Source: an uncultured Poribacteria bacterium
Lineage (GTDB): Bacteria; Poribacteria; WGA-4E; WGA-3G
Reading direction: 5' to 3'
Length of the DNA stretch: 64,000 nt
Assembly (NCBI GenBank): GCA_958296135.2
Contig: CATQHZ020000001.1
Location: 2,592,001 to 2,656,000 of the forward strand
Part shown: piece by piece, positions 8,348 through 18,049 of the stretch
Layout of the letters: the number at the start of each line of letters is the position of its first letter
How positions within the stretch are numbered: the first letter of the stretch is position 1
The notes under the pieces: model-generated
The model's input: only the letters and a program-made list of their open reading frames with translations
Databases searched by the model: none
Told to the model about the DNA's origin: nothing
Position numbers and translations under genes: made by a program

Positions 8348-10261
8348 ATGGAAGTCTACTTATCGCAAATCAGCCAGAACCTATACCTCCACCATGGACA
8401 TGTCAACACCGGCATTCTCCGCGATGGAAACCGCGCACTCCTCATCGACCCGAGTGGTAGCGCGCTGCAGACGACGCTCGCAGAATTGGGCATCACCGAG
8501 GTGACGCACGTGTTATTCACGCACCATCATCGCGATAACGTCGCCGGTTTTCTGATTCCGGCGAATGCCCGCGTCGGCGTGCCTGCGAAAGGACAGGCGT
8601 GGTTCACCAAGGTAGAAACGTTTTGGAACGATGCGAAATATCGATGGCATCTCTACAACTATCGGCCGCACAACCTGATGCTTGCGGAATCCATCGCCGT
8701 TACGGATACGTATCGTGAAGGTTCTCAGTTTGTGTGCGGAGATGCGAAGATTCGTGTGCTTGAAACGCCGGGGCACACCGATGAAAGCGTCACCTACCTC
8801 ATCGATGTTGACAACGCACGCTTCGCCTTCACCGGAGACCTGGTTTACGACGAAGGCAGACTCTGGGAACTCTATAGCCTCCAAAAAGCGGAAGAGGTGG
8901 GGGTATCCCCAACAAAGTTGGGTAAATCCTCTAACGCGCAGAAAATCGGCGGCTACCACGGGTTCCTCGGCGCGCGCAAGGAAGTGATGGCAAGCCTTGA
9001 AAAAGTTCGCCGCCATGCACCCACCGCACTTATCCCAACGCACGGCAACGTGATGGACAATCCGGGGCTGGCAATCGATAACCTTGAACGGCAATTGTGG
9101 ACATGTTATGATAGATACGTCGCCATCTCCGCGCTGCGGCACTATTTCCCGAAACTGTTCACCGAATTTGAGGGACGCGCGGGACATATACCCATCCGAG
9201 AAGGCACGCCGCCACCCGAATTCTTACGGCACTTCGGCACAACGTGGCTGATTCTCTCCGAGACGAGTGAGGCGTTCGTGATGGACTGCGGCGCGCCAAC
9301 CGTTATCAAACAGATTCAGCGGATGCAAGCCGAAGGAGAGATTTCAGAAGTAACGCAGTTCTGGATAACGCACTATCACGATGACCACGTCGATGCCATC
9401 CCCGCGTTTCAGGAGACTTTCCCTTGTGAGACGCTCACGGATGCAGTCGTCGCGGAAGTCATTGGAAACCCCAAAGCATTCCGCATCCCCTGCATTTCAC
9501 CTGCTGTCACCCGAATTGACAGAATCACGCGGGAAGGCGACTCGTGGCAGTGGAACGAATTCACGATGACAGCATACCATTTCCCAGGGCAGACCTACTA
9601 TCACGGCGGCCTGCTCGTTGAGGGACGCGACGTGCGGATGTTCTTCGCCGGTGACTCTTTCACGATGGCCGGCATCGACGATTACTGCGCCGGCAATCGG
9701 AATCTGTTAGGAGCAGGTGTCGGTTACCAGAAATGTTTGCGCCTCATTCAACAACTCAAGCCGACGCATATTTTCAACTGTCACGTCAATCCGGCTTTCA
9801 ATTTTACCGACGCGGAGATTGAGTGGATGCTGCGCAACCTCACCGAGCGTGAGAAATGCTACACCGCACTTTTCCCGTGGGAGCACGCCAACTACGGCAT
9901 GGACGAACATTGGGTGCGCTGTCATCCGTATGAGCAGGAAGTTGTACCGGGCAAGACCGCGGCGTTCCGCGTGGACATCACGAACCATTCCGAGGAACCG
10001 CGCACCGCGATTGCCCAACCGATTCTCCCAACAGCGTGGGAAACGGACATCGCGCCAGAAAAAACAACCATTCTGCCCAAGAGGGATGGACACATCGATT
10101 TTTCTATCCCCATTCCTGCTGAGGCGGCCATGCATTCCGAGCGGGTTGTCATTCCGGTGGACATCACCTACGACGCGCGTCCCCTCGGGCAATTCCGAGA
10201 AGCAATTTTCTGTATACCCGGTAGGAGGGTTTGTAACCCCGATATTCTCATAAGGAGATAA
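8348..10261 (+). CDS. Tandem-domain metallo-beta-lactamase-fold hydrolase
   Basis: Domain 1 has THHHRDN, TPGHT and FTGD; domain 2 has THYHDDH, FPGQT and FAGD. The ORF extension upstream of 8348 is only the tandem repeat. Confidence 0.85.
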   Translation: MEVYLSQISQNLYLHHGHVNTGILRDGNRALLIDPSGSALQTTLAELGITEVTHVLFTHHHRDNVAGFLIPANARVGVPAKGQAWFTKVETFWNDAKYRWHLYNYRPHNLMLAESIAVTDTYREGSQFVCGDAKIRVLETPGHTDESVTYLIDVDNARFAFTGDLVYDEGRLWELYSLQKAEEVGVSPTKLGKSSNAQKIGGYHGFLGARKEVMASLEKVRRHAPTALIPTHGNVMDNPGLAIDNLERQLWTCYDRYVAISALRHYFPKLFTEFEGRAGHIPIREGTPPPEFLRHFGTTWLILSETSEAFVMDCGAPTVIKQIQRMQAEGEISEVTQFWITHYHDDHVDAIPAFQETFPCETLTDAVVAEVIGNPKAFRIPCISPAVTRIDRITREGDSWQWNEFTMTAYHFPGQTYYHGGLLVEGRDVRMFFAGDSFTMAGIDDYCAGNRNLLGAGVGYQKCLRLIQQLKPTHIFNCHVNPAFNFTDAEIEWMLRNLTEREKCYTALFPWEHANYGMDEHWVRCHPYEQEVVPGKTAAFRVDITNHSEEPRTAIAQPILPTAWETDIAPEKTTILPKRDGHIDFSIPIPAEAAMHSERVVIPVDITYDARPLGQFREAIFCIPGRRVCNPDILIRR

Positions 10262-10265
10262 ACCT

Positions 10266-10685
10266 GTGCTAAACCTATCCCATCCCACCGTGGATATCGC
10301 CATTACGTGTAGCAACTTCGCCGAATCTCTCGACTTTTATCACAAAAAGTTAGGGCTCGAGAAGGTGTTAGAACTAGAAATTCCCGAAACGCTAGCAACC
10401 GAGGTAGGACTTGCACCGACAGGTTTCCGGCAAGTCCGCCTCAAGGCAGGCAACACGCTCATCAAACTGATGGACATTGCATCGCCGCCGCCCACGCCAA
10501 CCGAAGCGTTCCCCGCAGGTGTCCGATGGCTCACCTTCTTTGTCGAAGACATTGAGAAAACGGTGGAAAGCCTGAAACGGAACGGCGTGGCATTTTTATC
10601 CGAACCCGTTAGTGCACCGGATGCCGCCGGCGTTGTTTGCGCGAAAGACCCGGACGGCCTCCTCATTGAATTAGTCCAAATCTGA
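10266..10685 (+). CDS. VOC/glyoxalase family protein
   Basis: SLDFYHKKLGL..LTFFVEDIE..KDPDGLLIEL. Confidence 0.85.
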   Translation: MLNLSHPTVDIAITCSNFAESLDFYHKKLGLEKVLELEIPETLATEVGLAPTGFRQVRLKAGNTLIKLMDIASPPPTPTEAFPAGVRWLTFFVEDIEKTVESLKRNGVAFLSEPVSAPDAAGVVCAKDPDGLLIELVQI

Positions 10686-10762
10686 TTGCCTCAGAAACCT
10701 CCGACGAGCACCCTAGGCAACTTCACAAAAGCGGTTAATTTGGTATGAGACATACAAAAAAT

Positions 10763-11650
10763 ATGAGAAAATTAACGGATACCCAAATCCAGAGTTTCAA
10801 CGACAACGGCTATCTCCTCGTGGAAGACGCGCTTGCCCCGGAAGATCTGAATCCACTCATCGCCGAATTTGAGGAGATTGTCGATACGGGCGCGACGCAA
10901 CTCCACGAGAACGGTGAACTCGACTCTCCGTTCAAAACGGAAGGGTTTGATACGCGCTTAGCGAAAATCACAGCGCAGTCGCCGGTGGTGTTCCAGAAGT
11001 TGTTCAGCGGCGCACACACAGGGCCCGCCCTCTTCGATCTGCTCGTTAATCCGAAACTGCTAGACATCGCCGAATCACTTGTCGGGCCGGAGATTATGTG
11101 TCACCCGGCATATCGCGTGCGTCCAAAACTCCCAGAACACGACAGAACCCTCGTCCCGTGGCACCAAGACGCAGGCTACATGGAACCGGCGTGCGATGCG
11201 GTGTTGCAACTCACGATTTGGATTCCGCTCATCGATGCCACCGTTGAAAACGGATGCTTGGAAGTTATTCCGCATGCGCATCGCGACGGCGTTTTCCGAC
11301 ACCGCCGCGTCAAAGGCAGACCTTATCTCGATATCCACCCGGATGCCTTACCCGATGTGGAACCGGTAATCGTCCCCGTTCACTTTGGCAGCGTGCTACT
11401 TTTCACGAATTTGACCCCGCATCGTTCCATTCCAAACGTCAGCAACCAGGTCCGGTGGAGTGTCGATACGCGTTATCAAAATGCCGCCAAACCGACTGGG
11501 TATCAGCCGGAGGCGGGGTTCCTCGCGCGGAGCCAGAAGAGACACGAAGATGTCGTCACTTCCCCCGCAGAATTTAAGCAGATCCGAGAGAACCATCAGC
11601 CCGGTCCCGGCCCCCAGCGGTGGGCAGAAGAGGAGAGTCACGATGCGTAA
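10763..11650 (+). CDS. Phytanoyl-CoA dioxygenase (PhyH) family Fe/2OG enzyme
   Basis: LTDTQIQSFNDNGYL, PWHQDAGY, WIPLIDATVENGCL, PHRSIPN. Alternative start at 10745. Confidence 0.9.
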   Translation: MRKLTDTQIQSFNDNGYLLVEDALAPEDLNPLIAEFEEIVDTGATQLHENGELDSPFKTEGFDTRLAKITAQSPVVFQKLFSGAHTGPALFDLLVNPKLLDIAESLVGPEIMCHPAYRVRPKLPEHDRTLVPWHQDAGYMEPACDAVLQLTIWIPLIDATVENGCLEVIPHAHRDGVFRHRRVKGRPYLDIHPDALPDVEPVIVPVHFGSVLLFTNLTPHRSIPNVSNQVRWSVDTRYQNAAKPTGYQPEAGFLARSQKRHEDVVTSPAEFKQIRENHQPGPGPQRWAEEESHDA

Positions 11651-12161
11651 ATTCCGCCGATTCCTTCCAATAGGCGCGCCCTCCCGGGCGCGATTTTTCC
11701 TACACTGCGGCTTCCTTCTCACGCTTGCATTCGCGATGAGCGGCGCAACACCTGCGGGCCCAGAAGTCCCTCCAAAACCGAAGGAGATGGAGTGTCGCGG
11801 CAAAATCGTCTGTCTCGCGGAGGAGATGCATACACGCTACAACGCTGAGCTCTTCGGTAACCACGAACATCTGAACGGCCTCAAAACCGAGGATGGCGAC
11901 TACTACACTCTCCTGCGCACCTCGTTGGCAGAGGCGTTATTCGTAGACAAACGGCTGCACGAAAAAGAACTGATTATCACCGGGCGCGTTTTTCCGAAAA
12001 CCCGGTTGCTTGAGGTGATTCGGTTTTCGTCCATCCGCGATGGCATTGTGCACGAAATCTATTACTACTGCGACACCTGCTACATTCGCACCGTTGCCCC
12101 CGGCAATTGCGACTGTTGTCAGGCACCCGTTGTGCTGATTGAGAAACCGAAGCACCTATAA
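11643..12161 (+). CDS. Secreted hypothetical protein with a Cys-rich, putatively metal-binding C-terminus
   Basis: Signal-like N-terminus; YYYCDTC...PGNCDCC; overlaps the stop of the upstream gene. Confidence 0.65.
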   Translation: MRKFRRFLPIGAPSRARFFLHCGFLLTLAFAMSGATPAGPEVPPKPKEMECRGKIVCLAEEMHTRYNAELFGNHEHLNGLKTEDGDYYTLLRTSLAEALFVDKRLHEKELIITGRVFPKTRLLEVIRFSSIRDGIVHEIYYYCDTCYIRTVAPGNCDCCQAPVVLIEKPKHL

Positions 12162-12210
12162 ACGCCGTGCGGAGGCCTGTCCCCCGCAAACCTCACACAG
12201 CCCCTTGGAA

Positions 12211-12337
12211 CGTAGCGCGGGGGCCGTCACGGTCACGCCTACAGAAAACGTGCGTGTGTCGCCCCGCGAAAACACGCCACCTTTAACGCTATCATCTCTG
12301 CAGCCTCGCTGCAGAGATATCCACTGTCCCCCGCGAA
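12211..12337. repeat. Dispersed element containing one 45-bp unit (sister copy at 52192-52367)
   Basis: cgtagcgcgggggccgtcacggtcacgcctacagaaaacgtgcgtgtgtcgccccgcg...ctgcagcctcgctgcagagat..ccactgtcccccgcga is shared with the copy at 52192. Confidence 0.9.
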
Positions 12338-12361
12338 CATCGCACAGCGAGGAAACAAACT

Positions 12362-13573
12362 ATGCCTTTTAGAGAACCTTACCAATTCCGTCCGAAAATC
12401 GCCGCCATTGCGACAATTTACCATAAATACTCGCACGCGCAACACATCGTCGACCGGTTTTTAGACGGATACGGCTGGAACAGCCGCCACCATTACCCTA
12501 AGATGGATTTGGTTTCTCTCCACGTGGAACAGGTGGGAGAAAATGACCTGGGCTGTGAACGCCTGCAACGCTACCCACTCGTGGAATCCTATCCCACTAT
12601 TGCAGAAACGTTGACGCGCGGCGGCGAAGAAATCGCCATCGATGGTGTGCTCCTCATCGGTGAACACGGCGAATATCCCACTAACGAAAAGGGACAACGC
12701 CTCTATCCGCGCTATGAACACTTCAAGCAGGCAGCAGAAGTCTTTGAAAAGAGCGGACGCGGCGTGCCTGTCTTTAACGATAAACACCTTTCGTGGAATT
12801 GGGAGTGGGCGCGCGAGATGTATGACATCTCCCAATCGATGGAATTCGCGTTCATGGCAGGCTCTTCGCTACCCGTTACGTGGCGCACCCCGTCCATTGA
12901 GATGCCACTCGGCACACCGGTATCCGAAGCCGTGTGCGTCGGATACGGCGGCGTGGATAGTTACGATTTCCATGCACTAGAGACACTGCAGTGCATGGTG
13001 GAACGGCGCGAAGGTGGGGAAACCGGGGTGAAGTGGCTGCAGGCATATCGCGGCGACGCATTCTGGGAAGCACACCACACCGGACTCTGGTCCCGCGAAC
13101 TCTTTGAATGCGCGCTTTGCCGCAGTCATACGTTGACACCGGCACGCGCAGGGTTCAACAATCCGTTCCCGACATTGGACGAAATGAAGCAGATTGTCAC
13201 AGAACCGATCGCGTATCACTACGAACATTGCGATGGACTAAAATCCACGATGATTCTGATGAACGGATTGGTGCAGGATTTCAACTTCGCAGCCTATATC
13301 CGGAACGACAACGCCGTGTTATCCACGCAAATGTATCTCCCGATGCCGCCCGCACGGACAACCTTGGCAAACTTCTTTTCACCGCTCGTCAACAACATCG
13401 AACAGATGTTTGTGACAGGCAAGGCAACCTACCCAGTTGAACGCACGTTGCTGACAACGGGGCTCGTGGCAGCAGGCGTTGACAGCCTGTTTGCAGATGG
13501 CGCGATGCAGGAAACACCGCACCTAGACATCGCCTATCAAGCGACAGAAGAGTCAACGTTCTGGAGAACCTAA
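12362..13573 (+). CDS. Conserved hypothetical protein, Rossmann/Gfo-Idh-MocA-like N-terminus (paralog A)
   Basis: IDGVLLIGEHGEYP, PVFNDKHLS, MAGSSLP, FHALE; highly similar to the next gene. Confidence 0.75.
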   Translation: MPFREPYQFRPKIAAIATIYHKYSHAQHIVDRFLDGYGWNSRHHYPKMDLVSLHVEQVGENDLGCERLQRYPLVESYPTIAETLTRGGEEIAIDGVLLIGEHGEYPTNEKGQRLYPRYEHFKQAAEVFEKSGRGVPVFNDKHLSWNWEWAREMYDISQSMEFAFMAGSSLPVTWRTPSIEMPLGTPVSEAVCVGYGGVDSYDFHALETLQCMVERREGGETGVKWLQAYRGDAFWEAHHTGLWSRELFECALCRSHTLTPARAGFNNPFPTLDEMKQIVTEPIAYHYEHCDGLKSTMILMNGLVQDFNFAAYIRNDNAVLSTQMYLPMPPARTTLANFFSPLVNNIEQMFVTGKATYPVERTLLTTGLVAAGVDSLFADGAMQETPHLDIAYQATEESTFWRT

Positions 13574-13623
13574 CATGTCGCCTGTCAGGGCAGATGTCTC
13601 TATCCGCCCGCTTGGAGGAACTC

Positions 13624-14799
13624 ATGACTACCAAACGCATTGCAGTCATCACTACCATTTACCGCTACCTATCGCACGCGCAGCACTTCGCTGACCGGTT
13701 TCTCGTCGGCTATCCCCGCGAAGGCAGATGGCACCGCCCAGATATGAAAATCGTCTCCCTCTACGTCGCTCAGCGGCCCGAAGGAGACCAGGCTCAAGAC
13801 CGGGCGCGTGAATTCGGCTTCGCTGTCTATCCCACAATCGCCGAAGCACTCCGCTGCGGCGGCGATGAACTCGCCGTTGATGCGGTGCTGCTCATCGGCG
13901 AACACGGCGAGTATCCCAGCAACGAAAAAGGACAGGTGCTTTATCCGCGGTACGAATTTTTCAAGGAATGCATCAAGGTATTCGAGGAAGACGGCCGCGC
14001 CGTGCCTATCTTCAATGACAAACACCTCTCCTATAGTTTTGAGAAAGCACAAGAGATGGTTGCCGATGCGCATCGCCTCAGCTTCGGGTTACTCGCCGGC
14101 TCATCGCTCCCTGTCACATGGCGGCTGCCCGATGTCGAATTGCCGATGGAATGCGAGATAGTCGACGCGCTCATGGTAGGTGTGGGCGGCTCCGACCCGA
14201 TGGATTATCACGCCTTGGAAGCGATGCAGTGCATGATTGAACGCCGAAAAGGCGGCGAAACCGGCGTGTATGCCGTCCAAATGCTAGAAGGCGATGCCGT
14301 TTGGGAAGAAACAGGTGCCTTCTCGCACGAACTTTTAGAAGCCGCGCTCTCCCGAAGCGATACACCCTGCGGATTGACGCTAGAGGACGGCAGAACGCAA
14401 GCTCTGCTCGGTAGCGGCGAATTGAAGAAACTCGTCGAAAATCCATCCGCCTACTTCATCCACTACGAGGATGGCCTGAATGCAACGCTCCTCATGCTCA
14501 ACGGAGCCGTGCGAGATTACTGCTTCGCCGCGCGGTTGAAGGATAATCCCGTGCCGGTGTCAACGCAGTTTTTCTTAACGCCTACCCCGAATGTCACTTA
14601 TTCGGCGTGCCTCATCGCGAAGATAGAGGCACTTTTTGAAACCGGTGTCGCGCCGTATCCGGCAGAGCGCACAATGCTGGTTAGCGGCATTTTGGAGAGT
14701 TGTCTGACATCCCGCGTTCAGGGGTATCGGAAGTTAGAGACACCACATCTTGCGGTTTCATATCGCGCGCCGGCGGAATCACAGCACGCGCGTCGGTAA
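13624..14799 (+). CDS. Conserved hypothetical protein (paralog B)
   Basis: VDAVLLIGEHGEYP, PIFNDKHLS, LAGSSLP, YHALE; GGAGG RBS before ATG 13624. Confidence 0.75.
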   Translation: MTTKRIAVITTIYRYLSHAQHFADRFLVGYPREGRWHRPDMKIVSLYVAQRPEGDQAQDRAREFGFAVYPTIAEALRCGGDELAVDAVLLIGEHGEYPSNEKGQVLYPRYEFFKECIKVFEEDGRAVPIFNDKHLSYSFEKAQEMVADAHRLSFGLLAGSSLPVTWRLPDVELPMECEIVDALMVGVGGSDPMDYHALEAMQCMIERRKGGETGVYAVQMLEGDAVWEETGAFSHELLEAALSRSDTPCGLTLEDGRTQALLGSGELKKLVENPSAYFIHYEDGLNATLLMLNGAVRDYCFAARLKDNPVPVSTQFFLTPTPNVTYSACLIAKIEALFETGVAPYPAERTMLVSGILESCLTSRVQGYRKLETPHLAVSYRAPAESQHARR

Positions 14800-14847
14800 C
14801 ATCTCTCGTTCGTAAGGGAAACGTTTTCATCTTTTCTCCTGAGCCTA

Positions 14848-14898
14848 GCGAGGGGAACCCTCGGCGATTCGCGCTCGCCGGGTTTTCCCTCGCCCTAC
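14848..14898. repeat. REP-like long palindrome (inverted copy at 38768-38818)
   Basis: gcgaggggaaccctcggcgattcgcgctcgccgggttttccctcgccctac is nearly the reverse complement of 38768-38818. Both sit between convergent genes. Confidence 0.8.
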
Positions 14899-14991
14899 GG
14901 TGGAAACGGAACGGTAGGAGAAACCGCCCGCGTCTCAACTCTCCCGGTACGGACAGGCCCTCGCCCCACAGAAAAGGAAGGCAGAGAATGC

Positions 14992-16698
14992 CTATTTCCT
15001 CACCAGCATTTTCCCTGTCGCCGAGAAATCGCCAGCGGTGAGCGTGTAAAAATAAATCCCGCTTGCCACAGGCTCACCGAGTTCATTGCGGCCGTCCCAA
15101 TAGGCAGCGCGGCTCCTACTCCGATACAGCCCCGCGGGCCGATGTCCCAACGCCAACGTCCGAACCAATGTCCCGTCCACGGCGTAAATAGTCAGTGTAA
15201 CATCCGCAGGCTGGGCAAGTTGATACGGCACCCATGTTTCCGGGTTGAACGGATTCGGGTAATTGGGCAATAGAGCCGTCTCTTTCGGCTTCGCCTCTAT
15301 CTGCCTCAGCGTCGCCAAGAGCTGCTCAAGCACGCGAATTCCCTTTTCATAAGTAGGTTCGCGTGTACCAAACTGCTTCGCTTGGCGAATCCACTGCTGA
15401 ACATCCGCCGCAGTGAAAGCCAAGGGCACCTGCGAATGTGAAGGCGCAGAGAGTTCATCGGCACCGAGCCAACTCGCAACTTGCAGCAGGTCATCGATGT
15501 CAACCGCTCCATCTCCGTTCACGTCGGCGGCCTGCACCAGACGGGTATCGGCATTATTGACGAGCCCATCCCCGTTAACGTCCGCCGTATTCGGCAAGGT
15601 TCGCCCGAAATATTGGGCAACGAACTTTAAATCTTGCAGGTTGACGACACCGTCGCTGTTGACATCCTTCGGGAACTCAATATGATCATCGTAAAGATTC
15701 CAGACTCTTGCGACAGCATCATACTCAAAATAGTATAGGCGAGCATCCGCATCGGTTCTGTGATTCTGGTAGTTTGCGCCGAAGTGACCCCCTTCAGCGG
15801 GAACTGTCCAGACATCGTCACCTACAGCGATTTTAGGATCTCCTTGGAGAACTGTTGGTCCCTGCCAATAGTGATAAAAAGCACCGCCGGGGTTGAGAGA
15901 AGATTGCACCCACCTGTCATCATTTGACCATTTGACATGATAGGTTATCCTAAACGCCGAACGGTTTGTGATTTTGAACGTATGCACAGGTTGCACTGTA
16001 TTCAGCAAGGTCTCTATGTGTTTCACGCGCACGGCCCAAGCATTCACAGCATCGTCGCTCAACGCGATAATCCCAATGAGCACACCTTGTGCGTTGAGAA
16101 CCGGCCCACCGCTGTTGCCGCCCAACACATTCGCATTGAGGAACAAATAACCTTCATCCAGCCCTTGGTAAAGCCCGGGAGTCCAACGCCACAGGTCCAG
16201 TGCCACAGGGTTACCGAGAATATGGACAGTCCCTCCAAAGCGAGGTGTCAGGGGAACCGGCGGGTTGAAGTCGTGGCGAATCTCGCGCGCAGTCGCGGGG
16301 AGCCCCGTGAGCTCAACGATAGCCAGGTCTCTTGTAACATTTTTTGCGATGACACGGCCCGAAGTAGCATAGCCGAGTCGTTCAAGAAACTCGTAATTCG
16401 TCTCATAGTAGTCCCGGCTCTGGATAAGCCGTCCATTGAGGTCTGGGACAGGGAAAAATACCTCTACCCTCTCCGCGCTGCCTGTCACTTGTGCGTTGGT
16501 AACGACAAACCGCTTGTCTCTGTCAATCAGGACACCGCTGCCCTGACTGGCATCGGTATTAATCCACACCACAGAATGCATCGCCTCAGCATAAATCTGA
16601 TCTGCTGGGAGATTTTGCGCGTGGCTAACGCCCTGCGTACTAGAGGCCAGCAAGGCGATGGTTAAAATAAGCACGATAATTTTCTGATGTTTCACCAT
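14992..16698 (-). CDS. Secreted trypsin-like (S1) domain + dockerin-like repeats + FlgD/T9SS-like C-terminal domain
   Basis: GSGVLID, TNAQV, RDLAIV and GGNSGGP; three DVNxDGxV repeats; LLPNYPNPFNPETW..WDGRNELGEPVASGIYFY. Confidence 0.85.
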   Translation of the reverse strand: MVKHQKIIVLILTIALLASSTQGVSHAQNLPADQIYAEAMHSVVWINTDASQGSGVLIDRDKRFVVTNAQVTGSAERVEVFFPVPDLNGRLIQSRDYYETNYEFLERLGYATSGRVIAKNVTRDLAIVELTGLPATAREIRHDFNPPVPLTPRFGGTVHILGNPVALDLWRWTPGLYQGLDEGYLFLNANVLGGNSGGPVLNAQGVLIGIIALSDDAVNAWAVRVKHIETLLNTVQPVHTFKITNRSAFRITYHVKWSNDDRWVQSSLNPGGAFYHYWQGPTVLQGDPKIAVGDDVWTVPAEGGHFGANYQNHRTDADARLYYFEYDAVARVWNLYDDHIEFPKDVNSDGVVNLQDLKFVAQYFGRTLPNTADVNGDGLVNNADTRLVQAADVNGDGAVDIDDLLQVASWLGADELSAPSHSQVPLAFTAADVQQWIRQAKQFGTREPTYEKGIRVLEQLLATLRQIEAKPKETALLPNYPNPFNPETWVPYQLAQPADVTLTIYAVDGTLVRTLALGHRPAGLYRSRSRAAYWDGRNELGEPVASGIYFYTLTAGDFSATGKMLVRK

Positions 16699-17003
16699 AA
16701 TAAAACTCCTTTGAATTCGTGATTTCAAAGTGAAATCCGATTAAATTGCGCGAGGCGCGCCGTGAGTTCACGTAATGTGATAGTTACGCGCTAAGTCTCT
16801 CGCGACTGTAGCTGATTTTTGGCATGGTGTGTTCCTTGACATGCCTTAAAACTCCACATACACCCCGCAGCACCGGGGTTAATTATACCACATTTTGACG
16901 ATGTTTTCAAGTGAAATCGTTCTTCAACCACGGCGGAAACCCCAAAGGCTGATGAACGAGAGAAACACGGATGAAGACATGCCGCAGACAGGCACGGAGG
17001 CTT

Positions 17004-17909
17004 TTACGGGAACAGCTGCTTCAACAGATATGGCAACGCTGTCGTGAAAATCGCCGTGAGCGCGCTCGCAATGATGGCAATTTTCGCGAGGCGGCGGTTC
17101 TCTCGTTGCTGCTGCGCCTCACGCTCCTGTTGCTGTTCCTCACGCTCCTGCGCGTCGCGTTTCTCCCGCTCTTCCAATATCGTCACCACCTTGTTGACAA
17201 CGGCTTTCACCTCTTGCACATCGGTTTTCACCTCTTGCACATCGGCTTTTACCTCTTGCACATCGGCTTCCACGCGTGTCAGCCGTTCGCTGTTGGATTT
17301 GCCTTGCGCCTCCACACTGACCAGCCGTTCGCTGTTGGATTTGCCCAGGGCTGCCACACTGACTAGCTGTTCGCTGTTGGCTTTCCCTTGCGCCTCCACG
17401 CGCGCCAACTGTTCGCTGTTGGATTTGCCCAGGGCTTCCACACTGACTAGCCGTTCGCTGTTGGATTTGCCCAGGGCTTCCACACTGACTAGCTGTTCGC
17501 TGTTGGCTCTCCCTTGTGCCTCCACGCGCGCCAACTGTTCGCTGTTGGATTTTCCTTGCGCCTCCACGCGTGTCAGCCGTTCGCTGTTGGATTTGCCCAG
17601 GGCTGTCACACTGACTAACTGTTCGCTGTTGGCTCTCCCTTGTGCCTCCACGCGCGCCAACTGTTCGCTGTTGGCTTTGCTCAGGGCTGCCACACTGACT
17701 AACTGTTCGCTGTTGGCTTTCCCTTGTGCCTCCACGCGCGCCAACTGTTCGCTGTTGGCTCTCCCTTGTGCTGCCACACTGGTTAACTGTTCGCTGTTGG
17801 CTCTCCCTTGCGCTTCCACGCGTGTCAGCCGTTCGTTGTTGGCTTCCCCCTGGGTTTCCACACGGGCCAGCCGGTCGATGGTGTCTTCTCGGAATTCCTG
17901 ATCGTTCAT
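17004..17909 (-). CDS. Tail-anchored coiled-coil protein with 14 x 14-aa repeats
   Basis: GGAGGAG RBS; 14 units like RVEAQGKANSEQLA (42-bp DNA repeat), then 3 heptads of VQEVK(A/T)(D/V), a charged stretch and a C-terminal TM helix. Confidence 0.8.
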   Translation of the reverse strand: MNDQEFREDTIDRLARVETQGEANNERLTRVEAQGRANSEQLTSVAAQGRANSEQLARVEAQGKANSEQLVSVAALSKANSEQLARVEAQGRANSEQLVSVTALGKSNSERLTRVEAQGKSNSEQLARVEAQGRANSEQLVSVEALGKSNSERLVSVEALGKSNSEQLARVEAQGKANSEQLVSVAALGKSNSERLVSVEAQGKSNSERLTRVEADVQEVKADVQEVKTDVQEVKAVVNKVVTILEEREKRDAQEREEQQQEREAQQQRENRRLAKIAIIASALTAIFTTALPYLLKQLFP

Positions 17910-18049
17910 AATCTCCTCCTTTTCGGTTCCGCGGATGGGGTATCCGTCCGTTTTGCACATTTTAACACATAACCGGGAAAATGTGCCAATTCATTTTCAT
18001 TCGGCGAGTGTCAGCGCGGAAATACTACATTTTTCGGAAGTGCAGCGCC

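Noticed and set aside
17044-17958. Long overlapping ORFs 17044..17901 (+) and 17140..17958 (-)
   Set aside because: They are stop-free shadows of the 42-bp repeat. Only the 17004..17909 frame has an RBS, coiled-coil periodicity and a TM anchor.
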